DNA from: Puniceicoccales bacterium
GTDB taxonomy: Bacteria > Verrucomicrobiota > Verrucomicrobiia > Opitutales > JAIRLM01
Assembly (NCBI GenBank): GCA_031282565.1
Contig: JAITDL010000044.1
Span: 1 to 35,876, forward strand
DNA: 35,876 nucleotides
Direction of reading: 5' to 3'
Shown here: one piece after another, positions 1-7,570 of the stretch
How the letters are laid out: each line of letters begins with the position of its first letter
How positions within the stretch are numbered: position 1 is the stretch's first letter
Translations under genes and position numbers: made by a program
Notes under the pieces: model-generated
What the model was told of the DNA's origin: nothing
What the model saw: the letters and a program-made list of their open reading frames with translations, nothing else
Databases searched by the model: none

Positions 1-119
1 TGCAAACAGTTGGCGTGCGCATACTTGACCACATCATCATCGCTGGAAACTGCGCCTTTTCCACCGCAGAACAGCGCGAAATCGTCAAAAATGAAACACT
101 CCCCGGCGAAAATTTGTGA
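1..119 (+). CDS. radC: 3' end of a RadC-like JAB/MPN-domain protein (partial, runs off the left edge)
   Basis: Frame 3 is open from the window edge to TGA at 117-119. The translation QTVGVRILDHIIIAGNCAFSTAEQREIVKNETLPGENL matches the conserved RadC C-terminus (hydrophobic-LDHIIIG...S). Only 38 codons are visible. Confidence 0.55.
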   Translation, partial: QTVGVRILDHIIIAGNCAFSTAEQREIVKNETLPGENL

Positions 120-198
120 GAGATCAAGCATCTATTATGTTCTGCGAAAAGCAGTTGTGCCGTTGAGCGAACGCTAAAGTTTGCTGCTAAGAAATATT

Positions 199-1122
199 TT
201 AATTGTGCACAATATGGTGAATGAAGTTTTCTAGCGCATCGAATTCCACTGGAGGATTTTTTGCGATGAAGTGTCTTCTGTCGTCCAATGGATACGGTCC
301 GCAGCGCAGTGGATCAGTTCTTAAGAATATGCCCAGGACTGGTTTAGTCATTGCTGCTGCCATGTGCATGCAGGCGCTGTCGTTGGCTATTGTGCCGCTG
401 CAGTGCTCAATCAGGCTAAGTAGCTGCGGCAGAGAGGTTTTTCCGCGAAGATCAAAAAAATTAGCAAATCCCACCGGTGCAGACTGGCCGTTTTTTCCGA
501 GGCCAACCCAAATAAATCGCCAGTCTGGGAATCGGCCGCATAATTTTGCCGTAAGTTCTTTGTAGTGTGGCCATTCCTTATTTTTCCCACGGCTCTCGGG
601 AGCCAAAATTATTGACCGGCCATTTGCTGGCAAATCGATTGGAAGTGGTTCAGCAACCGTGAACTTGATAGGGCGCGTAGCCTTTGCCTCGACGGACAAG
701 GTTGGTAAAAATTGACTAAGTATCTCAACGGCATGTGGATTGCCCGCTTTTGCCGTGCATTCTCCGTAGAATAATGTGGAAAATTCGCGGCCATCGTAGC
801 GGCCGATGCGGCGCAAACCCTTGGCACAGCGTGTCATGATGGCACTCCGCAGCAGTCCCTGCATATCCCAAACTGCGTCGTATGTGCCACTTCTGCCAAT
901 TTCACGGCAGCATCGAAAAAGGTCGCCGAGTCCTGCACGTTTGAATGCTATGATGTTCTCGACGAGGCTGCTGCAGGCAACAACCGGTGAAAAAATATCT
1001 CGCACAACCCAGTCGATGGCGATTTCAGGACGTTTATTTTTCAGCGTGGCAGCGACTTGCAGCGCATGAACAATGTCCCCGATGGATGAAGGTTTCACTA
1101 TGAGAAGTCGAAATGATTTCAC
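199..1122 (-). CDS. Glycosyltransferase family 9 (LPS heptosyltransferase-like)
   Basis: 307-aa ORF with a GTG start. The N-terminus MKSFRLLIVKPSSIGDIVHALQV is the typical GT9 opening (ILIIR-SSLGD). The C-terminal half has the RfaF/WaaC-like ...LRGKTSLPQLLSLIEHCSGTIANDSACMHMAAAMTKPVLGIF... motif. Which heptosyltransferase subtype it is cannot be told by eye. Confidence 0.8.
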   Translation of the reverse strand: MKSFRLLIVKPSSIGDIVHALQVAATLKNKRPEIAIDWVVRDIFSPVVACSSLVENIIAFKRAGLGDLFRCCREIGRSGTYDAVWDMQGLLRSAIMTRCAKGLRRIGRYDGREFSTLFYGECTAKAGNPHAVEILSQFLPTLSVEAKATRPIKFTVAEPLPIDLPANGRSIILAPESRGKNKEWPHYKELTAKLCGRFPDWRFIWVGLGKNGQSAPVGFANFFDLRGKTSLPQLLSLIEHCSGTIANDSACMHMAAAMTKPVLGIFLRTDPLRCGPYPLDDRRHFIAKNPPVEFDALENFIHHIVHN

Positions 1123-1146
1123 GGCAAAGTGCTAGTAGTCTGGAAG

Positions 1147-2589
1147 ATGATGCTTGCCGATCCAGCAAAAATTTCCAACACTCGGACTGTGGCTGACGCG
1201 GCAGGAGAAAAATTGGATATTTCCATCCCCTGCAGTCGCTACCGCATTGTTCCGCGCGAACAATCTGGCTGTGAAGGAGTTCTGCGATTTTACATCGAGG
1301 AGGGGCGTGATTGTTTGGAGATCGCACACGAGCTCCGCTTCATCTGGGGGCTGGATGCGATGTTCGTTCAAACTCCGCTGGAAGAATTTGCAAAACATTG
1401 GGAAAGCTTTACCGCCACGCTCCCAAAGGGCGATTGCGCGTGTGACGGCGCTGATGTTTTTCAAAATGTTGGAGTTGAGCCATCTGCATTGAGTAGGATG
1501 CTTGGCAATGTTTTCATCCGCGCCGTGAATTCGACCGCATCGGATATCCATTTTGAAAGTTTAGAATCAGCGTTTCTCATTCGCACGCGGGTAGATGGCA
1601 CATTGCGCGAGGAGGTGCGTCTGCCGGCGGAGATGTTGGCTCCGCTATCTGTCCTCCTTAAAACATTGGCCAAGTTAGACATAGCAGAGCATTTCATGCC
1701 GCAGGACGGACGATTTGGGCTTAAAATTGGCGGCGTGAGCGTGGATTTTCGCATCTCGGTCCTGCCGACCAAGTTCGGTGAAAGCATCGTGCTGCGCGTT
1801 CTCGATCGCCGCAGACTTTTCCACGGTCTAGGTGACCTATCAATCGATCCCGCAACTGTTTCGCGAATTCGAGGAGCGATCTCGGCGCAGTCTGGGCTTT
1901 TTTTGGTCACGGGGCCAACTGGCAGCGGGAAGACGACGACGCTCTACGCGGCGCTTGGCGAAATGGATCGCGGCAGCATAAAAGTGCTAACTATCGAAGA
2001 CCCAATTGAATACGAACTGCAAAATTGCATGCAGGCGTCCGTCGATTTGCCGATCGGCCGCACATTTTCGGCGGTCCTGCGCTCATTTCTGCGCCACGAC
2101 CCTGACAAAATTTTTATTGGTGAAGTCCGCGACGAAGAAACTGCACAAATCGCGCTCAGAGCGGCACTTACGGGCCATCTTGTCATTAGCACGCTGCATA
2201 CGGCGACGCCGCAGGAGGCCATTGTGCGGCTCGTTGAGATGGGATTGGAGAAAAATTTGCTAATCAGCTGTTTGCGTGGCGTGTTGAATCAGAGATTGTT
2301 GCGGCGCAATTGCGCACACTGTTCGACGGAGCATGTGGTCGATGGCAAGTTGCCTCAACAGCTTAACATGTTAAACGGGAAGAAGCTTCGCCGCGGCACT
2401 GGATGCAAGCACTGCGGTGGAAGCGGTTACGAAGGGCGGCGAGCATTTTTTGAATTTCTTTCAATTGAAGAGCTTACGACTGATTCAAACTGCCACCTTG
2501 GCACAATGGTCGCCGAAGGTTTGGAGGCAGTTATCGGCGGAGATATTGCCCTTGAGGAATTTATGAATCAAATGCCATGGAATCGCTAA
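1147..2589 (+). CDS. gspE: Type II secretion / type IV pilus assembly ATPase (GspE/PilB family)
   Basis: Walker A VTGPTGSGKTTTLYAAL, an Asp box and Walker B (KIFIGEVRDEETA), a His box (LVISTLHT), and a tetracysteine cluster CAHC...CKHCGGSGYEGR. The N-terminal region resembles the T2SSE_N domain. The longest ORF starts at GTG 1129, and ATG 1147/1150 is the more likely start. Only 24 nt separate it from the divergent GT9 start. Confidence 0.9.
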   Translation: MMLADPAKISNTRTVADAAGEKLDISIPCSRYRIVPREQSGCEGVLRFYIEEGRDCLEIAHELRFIWGLDAMFVQTPLEEFAKHWESFTATLPKGDCACDGADVFQNVGVEPSALSRMLGNVFIRAVNSTASDIHFESLESAFLIRTRVDGTLREEVRLPAEMLAPLSVLLKTLAKLDIAEHFMPQDGRFGLKIGGVSVDFRISVLPTKFGESIVLRVLDRRRLFHGLGDLSIDPATVSRIRGAISAQSGLFLVTGPTGSGKTTTLYAALGEMDRGSIKVLTIEDPIEYELQNCMQASVDLPIGRTFSAVLRSFLRHDPDKIFIGEVRDEETAQIALRAALTGHLVISTLHTATPQEAIVRLVEMGLEKNLLISCLRGVLNQRLLRRNCAHCSTEHVVDGKLPQQLNMLNGKKLRRGTGCKHCGGSGYEGRRAFFEFLSIEELTTDSNCHLGTMVAEGLEAVIGGDIALEEFMNQMPWNR

Positions 2590-3809
2590 AAAAATTCACC
2601 TATTTTGGCCGAGGCAGTGGCGGTGGCTATGCGTGTGGAGAGTTGATGGCGAAGGACATGGCGGACGCTCGCCGCATTCTTTCCGAACGGCGCATTGCCA
2701 TTGATTTTTTGGCGGAGAAGAAATTGTCGCTGTGGCGGCGCAATTTGCACTTCGGAAAAAAAACTCGCGTAAGTGCCGAGCAGCTAGTGTCTTTTACTAG
2801 ACAGCTTGCGCTCCTGCTCCGCGCTGGAATTCATCTGATCGATGCGCTAGAGATGTTGGGGCAGAGGGACAAAAAGTTGCCGCTTGCCGGTATTTTGCAA
2901 TCCGTTGCAGCGGAGGTGCGTGCCGGGCGGTTTTTGTGCGAGGCCATGGAGTTGCATCCCAATGTTTTCAATGAGACATATAGAAATCTCGTGCGCGCGG
3001 GGGAGGCGTCCGGCGATTTAGCTGTTGTGCTGGAGTCGATTGCGTCAGCCCGTGGCCGCGAGCTGCGCAGTAAGACGAGGGCCGTGTCGGCATTAATTTA
3101 TCCTGTAACTGTCTTAGTGGTAGCACTTTTGGCCATAATGTTCCTCACTGGACGTGTCATCCCGCGTTTCCAGAATGTAATCCAGGGCGACGGTTCCACG
3201 ATGGCCATGCCGACCGTCACCAGGGTTGTGATGTCATTTTGTCAATTTATTAGGACGCAGCAACTTAGGATCTTTTTTTCGCTAATTGCAATCCCGCTCG
3301 CAATTGCACTATGGGCAAAAACGGAGCGGGGGCGCAAACTTTGTTCGGCGGCGATATTGCGCATACCGTTGCTGGGGAAGCTGATACTGCGGCAAAATCT
3401 CGTACTATTTTTCCGCACATTCGGGTCCGTCCTCGGCCACGGAGTCCCCTTCTCCGAGTCCCTCAGACTCTCCTGCCGTGCAGTCTCCAACGCAGCACTG
3501 CGCAACTATTTCGAAATCATCACCATCCGCGCCGGAGAGGGCGTTCCCCTCGGCGAGCTCCTCGCACAGACAGCCACAATCCCCGCATCGGTCCGCGGAC
3601 TTATCGCCGTTGGAGAGCGAAGCGGAACTCTCGCTGTCATGGCTACTTACGCCGCAGACATCCTCGAAGAAGAGCTTGGCAATGCCGTCGACCGCGTCTC
3701 CGCAATCCTGCAGCCTGCAACAATTCTCATCCTCGCCGGCGCCGTTGCCATCGTCGCTGCAGCTATGTTCCTCCCCATGACTCAGATGATCCAGCTCCGC
3801 TCCATTTGA
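2577..3809 (+). CDS. gspF: Type II secretion / type IV pilus platform protein (GspF/PilC family)
   Basis: 410 aa with two T2SS-F repeats (...LVSFTRQLALLLRAGIHLIDALE... and ...LFFRTFGSVLGHGVPFSESL...GLIAVGERSGTL...), three hydrophobic segments and a typical C-terminal FLPMTQMIQL. It overlaps the gspE stop by 13 nt, which suggests an operon. Confidence 0.9.
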   Translation: MESLKKFTYFGRGSGGGYACGELMAKDMADARRILSERRIAIDFLAEKKLSLWRRNLHFGKKTRVSAEQLVSFTRQLALLLRAGIHLIDALEMLGQRDKKLPLAGILQSVAAEVRAGRFLCEAMELHPNVFNETYRNLVRAGEASGDLAVVLESIASARGRELRSKTRAVSALIYPVTVLVVALLAIMFLTGRVIPRFQNVIQGDGSTMAMPTVTRVVMSFCQFIRTQQLRIFFSLIAIPLAIALWAKTERGRKLCSAAILRIPLLGKLILRQNLVLFFRTFGSVLGHGVPFSESLRLSCRAVSNAALRNYFEIITIRAGEGVPLGELLAQTATIPASVRGLIAVGERSGTLAVMATYAADILEEELGNAVDRVSAILQPATILILAGAVAIVAAAMFLPMTQMIQLRSI

Positions 3810-5720
3810 CTTTTCTTCGCCTTTGCGTCCACCGCCGCCACCGGGCCTCCCAGCTTCGGGCTTTTTCCCGTGCACAAGCAGCGTGCCATCCTCAAATTCG
3901 GCAACGTATCCTTCTCCGAGGAGCCACGATAGAGATTTTAGCAGCTCGTCTCTGTCGGCGCCTTCGGAGCCGAGTTTGATGCAGAGCTCCAGTTGGCCAA
4001 TGTATGGATTTTCTTCGATGATGGTGATAAGTTTCTCCAGCTCAGGCGTGAACGCGGTGCTGCTGTCGCGTATTTTTCGTGGAACCGGTGAGACGTAGGA
4101 TTGGCCGCGCTTGCCTAGTTTGTAGCTGTGTAGGTTGTGGCGCTTGAACTTACCGCGCATTGCGTTGGCTGTGTCGAGCGGGAAGCGCCGCTGCCTTTCG
4201 AGGCAATATTCAACAAATTCGCGGATGTCTCTGTCGCTGATGGCGCTAATGTCTTTGCCGGAAACTCGAACTGAATCTGCCTTTTTCAAGAAACGATCTG
4301 CGTTCTCCGCCAGGTAGATGCGCACGTCTCCGATGGAATTAAATATCTTTGGTTCCTCATGCTGTGAGCTTTCTGCGTTCTCGCACTGGGCTGAGATTGT
4401 TTCACTTTGCTCGGCAATTTTTGACGCTTGGTCTTCGCAGTCTGCAATTTCCGGTTCGTTGGCGGTTTCAATGGCATCTAAATTTTTCAGGCGGTACCTG
4501 TAGCGTTTTTTCATGCGCTCCAGCCACGTAGCTATGTCGGCGGCGTCTTTGCTGAACTCAAGTCGTTCGCAGTAGCGGTCGAATGGCATGTTGCGCACGT
4601 GACTTAGGTAGTGCTCGTTTAATAAGTCTTTGTAGCTGTGATGGTTTGGAGCGCCAATTATGATTTTCGTGAACGGGCAGCGGGCGACCTGTTGAAAATT
4701 TCCGCTGGGCGCGGCGCACTCCTCTTCGATTTTTTCAAAAACGCGATCCAAATGATTGCGTATGAGGTGGTCTAGAGCTCCATCGGCGCTGAAAAATGGC
4801 ACGCCGTCGAAGGCCGTTCTGTGGAATTGCCGCTGGCACTCCGGGTTGCGGCGTAGAGAAAATACAAATCGTTCCGGGTCAGCCAGAAACGTTTGGGCCA
4901 CGTGGAAAACATCGTAGGTCTTTCCCGATTTGCGGATCATCTCGGCAACGGGTGCGAACGCGTCGTCGGTGGCATAGAATGTCACCGTAAAGTCTTCGCG
5001 TGGAGGAGTAAATCGCCTGTTTGAATCGCGCTGTCCGCCTCTCCATTCGCGGCGAAATTGGTGTCCTTCAGCCGTCCCACTACGTTCCCGTTCGCGATTG
5101 AATCCGCCTCCGCCGCCGAAACTTGGCCTGCGACCGTAGCTTCCGTAGCCGCCGCCCTCCCGCCGTTCCTGGCCTGCGTGACGAAATCCGCCTTCCGCCG
5201 CCGGGCGCCGATCTTGGAAGCGATTTCCTCCGCCGTAACGTCGCTCGCCGTAGGAAGTTCTATCGCTTGGTTGCCCGTAGCCGGTTGGCCTTTCTCCGTC
5301 GCGTGCACCGCGGTCAAAGGGAGCCCTGCCACGGCTAAATGTACTTCTGCCGAAACTGCTTGGTCCGTCTCCAGTCCGCCGCTGTCCGCCGCCAAACTGC
5401 TGTCCCTGCCCCTGCCCCTGGAATCTGTTGCCGCCGCCGGCATAATCCCTTCTGCCGCCGAATGTTCTCCCTCCACGGAATTGTCCGCCACCCATTCCGC
5501 CGCCGGGCTGCCTCCTGAAACCGTCTCCGCGATCGCCGCCGCGTTGATTCGCGTAATTTCCGCCGCCACCGTTACTTGGCCTGCTTCGTTGCCGTTCGCC
5601 ACCGCGCTGAAATTCGCCACCTCTGTCCGATTCCCAGGCCGTGCCGAAAACAAAACTCGAGAAATCCTTCAAAAGGTCACCATTGCCATTTGCATTTTTA
5701 CTACCACCGCCGGCATCCAT
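3405..5720 (-). CDS. Orphan protein: N-terminal RGG/RG-rich low-complexity region plus an uncharacterised globular region. The C-terminal tail is encoded antisense to gspF.
   Basis: 771-codon ORF with an ATG at 5720. Residues about 31-236 are Gly/Arg-rich (DRGGEFQRGGERQR...FRGGRTFGGRRDYAGGGNRF...WRGGQRDSNRRF). Residues about 245-630 have normal globular composition. No stop occurs before 3405, so the last ~135 codons overlap gspF on the opposite strand. The true 3' end is uncertain. Confidence 0.65.
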   Translation of the reverse strand: MDAGGGSKNANGNGDLLKDFSSFVFGTAWESDRGGEFQRGGERQRSRPSNGGGGNYANQRGGDRGDGFRRQPGGGMGGGQFRGGRTFGGRRDYAGGGNRFQGQGQGQQFGGGQRRTGDGPSSFGRSTFSRGRAPFDRGARDGERPTGYGQPSDRTSYGERRYGGGNRFQDRRPAAEGGFRHAGQERREGGGYGSYGRRPSFGGGGGFNRERERSGTAEGHQFRREWRGGQRDSNRRFTPPREDFTVTFYATDDAFAPVAEMIRKSGKTYDVFHVAQTFLADPERFVFSLRRNPECQRQFHRTAFDGVPFFSADGALDHLIRNHLDRVFEKIEEECAAPSGNFQQVARCPFTKIIIGAPNHHSYKDLLNEHYLSHVRNMPFDRYCERLEFSKDAADIATWLERMKKRYRYRLKNLDAIETANEPEIADCEDQASKIAEQSETISAQCENAESSQHEEPKIFNSIGDVRIYLAENADRFLKKADSVRVSGKDISAISDRDIREFVEYCLERQRRFPLDTANAMRGKFKRHNLHSYKLGKRGQSYVSPVPRKIRDSSTAFTPELEKLITIIEENPYIGQLELCIKLGSEGADRDELLKSLSWLLGEGYVAEFEDGTLLVHGKKPEAGRPGGGGGRKGEEKSNGAELDHLSHGEEHSCSDDGNGAGEDENCCRLQDCGDAVDGIAKLFFEDVCGVSSHDSESSASLSNGDKSADRCGDCGCLCEELAEGNALSGADGDDFEIVAQCCVGDCTAGESEGLGEGDSVAEDGPECAEK
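5013..5630 (-). repeat. Low-complexity GC-rich (ccgccgcc-type) DNA encoding the RGG/RG-rich region
   Basis: The plus strand is a C-rich simple sequence (ccgcctccgccgccg, ccgccgccgg and similar). All six frames are open here, which produces shadow ORFs 4982-5653(-) and 5058-5825(+). Confidence 0.7.
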
Positions 5721-5839
5721 GGTGCCGATTTAATTGGCCGCCGTTTGAGTTTTGCGAGCACAAAACGTAGCATTTTTGACGAATCTTCGTTTCTTTTTCC
5801 TTGCCATCGCTTTTTTGCTTTTTGAAGTGGCCAAGTCGT

Positions 5840-5921
5840 GCTCAGGTGGTGGAATCGGTAGACACACACGTTTGAGGGGCGTGTGCCGCAAGGCGTATGG
5901 GTTCGAGTCCCATCTTGAGCA
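5840..5921 (+). tRNA. tRNA-Leu (anticodon GAG), class II with a long variable arm
   Basis: Hand-folded cloverleaf. Acceptor GCTCAGG/CTTGAGC (one G-U pair). D arm GTG-GAATCGGTAGA-CAC. Anticodon arm CACGT-TTGAGGG-GCGTG (T33, GAG at 34-36, G37). 13-nt variable arm TGCC-GCAA-GGCGT. T arm ATGGG-TTCGAGT-CCCAT. Discriminator A. CCA is not fully encoded (ACCG). Confidence 0.93.
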
Positions 5922-5977
5922 CCGATAAGTTGTTGGCTTTGAGTAAGTTGTGCGCCGTTCATCGGCCTGCGCCGCTC

Positions 5978-7570
5978 CTAGCAGGGATCAACGACGGTTT
6001 TTTCGCAAATGGTTTTCGGAGAGATGCCGATCTCCTTTCGTATGTAGCCAAGGCTTTTCATAAATTTTGCCGGGTCGGCCGTGAAAATGCAAAATTCCAC
6101 CTCGCTGCGACTCCGTTTGCCGCCGCATTTTGAAAATTTCGGCCCGCTCCATTGGCAATCGGTTAGGTTGTTAAGGGCGCTACCCCAGCGAGTTGCGAAA
6201 TTTTTTAGCCCATCCCCATCGCCGCTGGAAAAATTTTGCACAACTAGGTGGCGGTACGGAGGATAGCCCAATTGGCGACGGGCGACCAATTCCTCTTCGC
6301 AGAATGACGTGCGACTGCCGCCTAGAAAATGTTTCAGCGGTGCGCATTCTGGCTTAGTTGTTTGCAGAAGAAGTTCTCCACCTTCGCCGATGGCGTCGAA
6401 AATGCGCCATAGCAGTTGGTGTGCCCGTTCGTTACTGCGAAAACTACGTCCACAGAATAGGTTATCGCCGTCGAGAAGGGCCACGGTGGCTGGACCTATG
6501 CGTTCGATTGCTGCCGTGTCGATGTTTTCCGCCAGCAAGATATCGCAGTCCGCCGTGGCGTCTCCGCTGTCTGATGATCCGAAAATGGCCGATGGGAAGT
6601 ATTTGTGCAGAAGCGATTTCACTTTTCCGATGCCGGCACCGATCCTCCTAAGCCTTCCGCGACACCTATGGCAGCGCTGATTTGGCGGGCATTCCGTTTT
6701 GCAGCGGTTGCAGATGTGGCCTCCGCGCAGAGCGACGCAGGTGAGCGGAGTGTCGCACTGTGGACAGCGGAAAAGTTCTTCGCAGCGTGGACAATAGGAT
6801 CGCGAAAATCCTCCGCGCGGGTGGATCAGCAAATTTTTTTTGCCAGTTTCCATGGCATCCTCAATTTTTCGCAAAATCTGCGGCGAAAGCAGCCGCTTGC
6901 CGGGATCTAGCCGCGATTGGTCAATGATGGAAACCGTTGGTCCGCTGCGACATTCATCTTTTTCCACTTCCATTTTAATGGAGCCGCAGATCGCAGCGTG
7001 GTACATCTCGACGGAAGGAGATTGGCTCAGCAGCAGGCATTTGATGTTCTCCAGTTTTGCCCGCTCAATGGCCACATCTCTGCAGTGGAAGTGCATGCCG
7101 TGGCGGCTGTGGAAATGGGCTGGATTTTCTTCGCCGCAAACAACTATGGCGCAGAGATTTGCCGCCGGAAGAAACACCGCCGGACCGGTGCCAACTACAA
7201 TGGAAATTTCCGATGAGCGGAACCCGTTGAGAACGCTGTCGCGTTCACACTCTTCCATGGCGCCGTGCCATTTCGCAACGGAAACGCCGGGGCAGGATTC
7301 GCGAATGACCTCGAAAAAATGATCTACTTCTCCGCTACTTTCGTGGAGCAACAGCAGCTGACAATTAACATTAATCTTGCGCGCTGTCGCCGAACAATCC
7401 ATCTGGAGCGACAGGATGAGGTGGTCTCTTAGTGTTTGGTGCGTGCGGGTACGAGACGGTTGTATCAATTCCATCAGCAGGCGCAGGCTGTCTGCCGGCT
7501 CCTCTAAGCGGTCTTTCATCAATGACCTGGACCCTACCAGTAGCGTTAGCGTTTTCTGGGAGTTGGTCAT
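5978..7570 (-). CDS. priA: PriA-like primosomal protein N' with degenerate helicase motifs and no N-terminal DNA-binding domains
   Basis: 530 aa. It has the PriA-specific Cys-rich zinc insert CPRCEELFRCPQCDTPLTCVALRGGHICNRCKTECPPNQRCHRCRG. It also shows collinear similarity to PriA lobes 1 and 2 and the C-terminal domain (...IVVGTGPAVFLP...CRDVAIERAKL...LLSQSPSVEMY...LLIHPRGGF...GELLLQTTKPE...RRQLGYPPY). See the findings for the motif degeneration. Confidence 0.75.
   Translation of the reverse strand: MTNSQKTLTLLVGSRSLMKDRLEEPADSLRLLMELIQPSRTRTHQTLRDHLILSLQMDCSATARKINVNCQLLLLHESSGEVDHFFEVIRESCPGVSVAKWHGAMEECERDSVLNGFRSSEISIVVGTGPAVFLPAANLCAIVVCGEENPAHFHSRHGMHFHCRDVAIERAKLENIKCLLLSQSPSVEMYHAAICGSIKMEVEKDECRSGPTVSIIDQSRLDPGKRLLSPQILRKIEDAMETGKKNLLIHPRGGFSRSYCPRCEELFRCPQCDTPLTCVALRGGHICNRCKTECPPNQRCHRCRGRLRRIGAGIGKVKSLLHKYFPSAIFGSSDSGDATADCDILLAENIDTAAIERIGPATVALLDGDNLFCGRSFRSNERAHQLLWRIFDAIGEGGELLLQTTKPECAPLKHFLGGSRTSFCEEELVARRQLGYPPYRHLVVQNFSSGDGDGLKNFATRWGSALNNLTDCQWSGPKFSKCGGKRSRSEVEFCIFTADPAKFMKSLGYIRKEIGISPKTICEKTVVDPC

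Noticed and set aside
3311-3979. ORF 3311-3979(+) of 222 aa, extremely Arg/Pro-rich, and 3478-3780(+)
   Set aside because: These are out-of-frame shadows over the genuine gspF 3' region. The composition (RRRGRSPRRAPRTDSH...) is typical of off-frame GC-rich translation, and gspF in its own frame has unmistakable family motifs.
4982-5825. ORFs 4982-5653(-) of 223 aa and 5058-5825(+) of 255 aa, plus 5123-5338(+), across the RGG-coding DNA
   Set aside because: They lie in alternative frames of the ccgccgcc-type low-complexity tract, where all six frames stay open. Their translations are Ala/Ser/Pro-rich shadows of the RGG frame, and the plus-strand one would run into the tRNA promoter region. 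I treat them as frame shadows, not genes.
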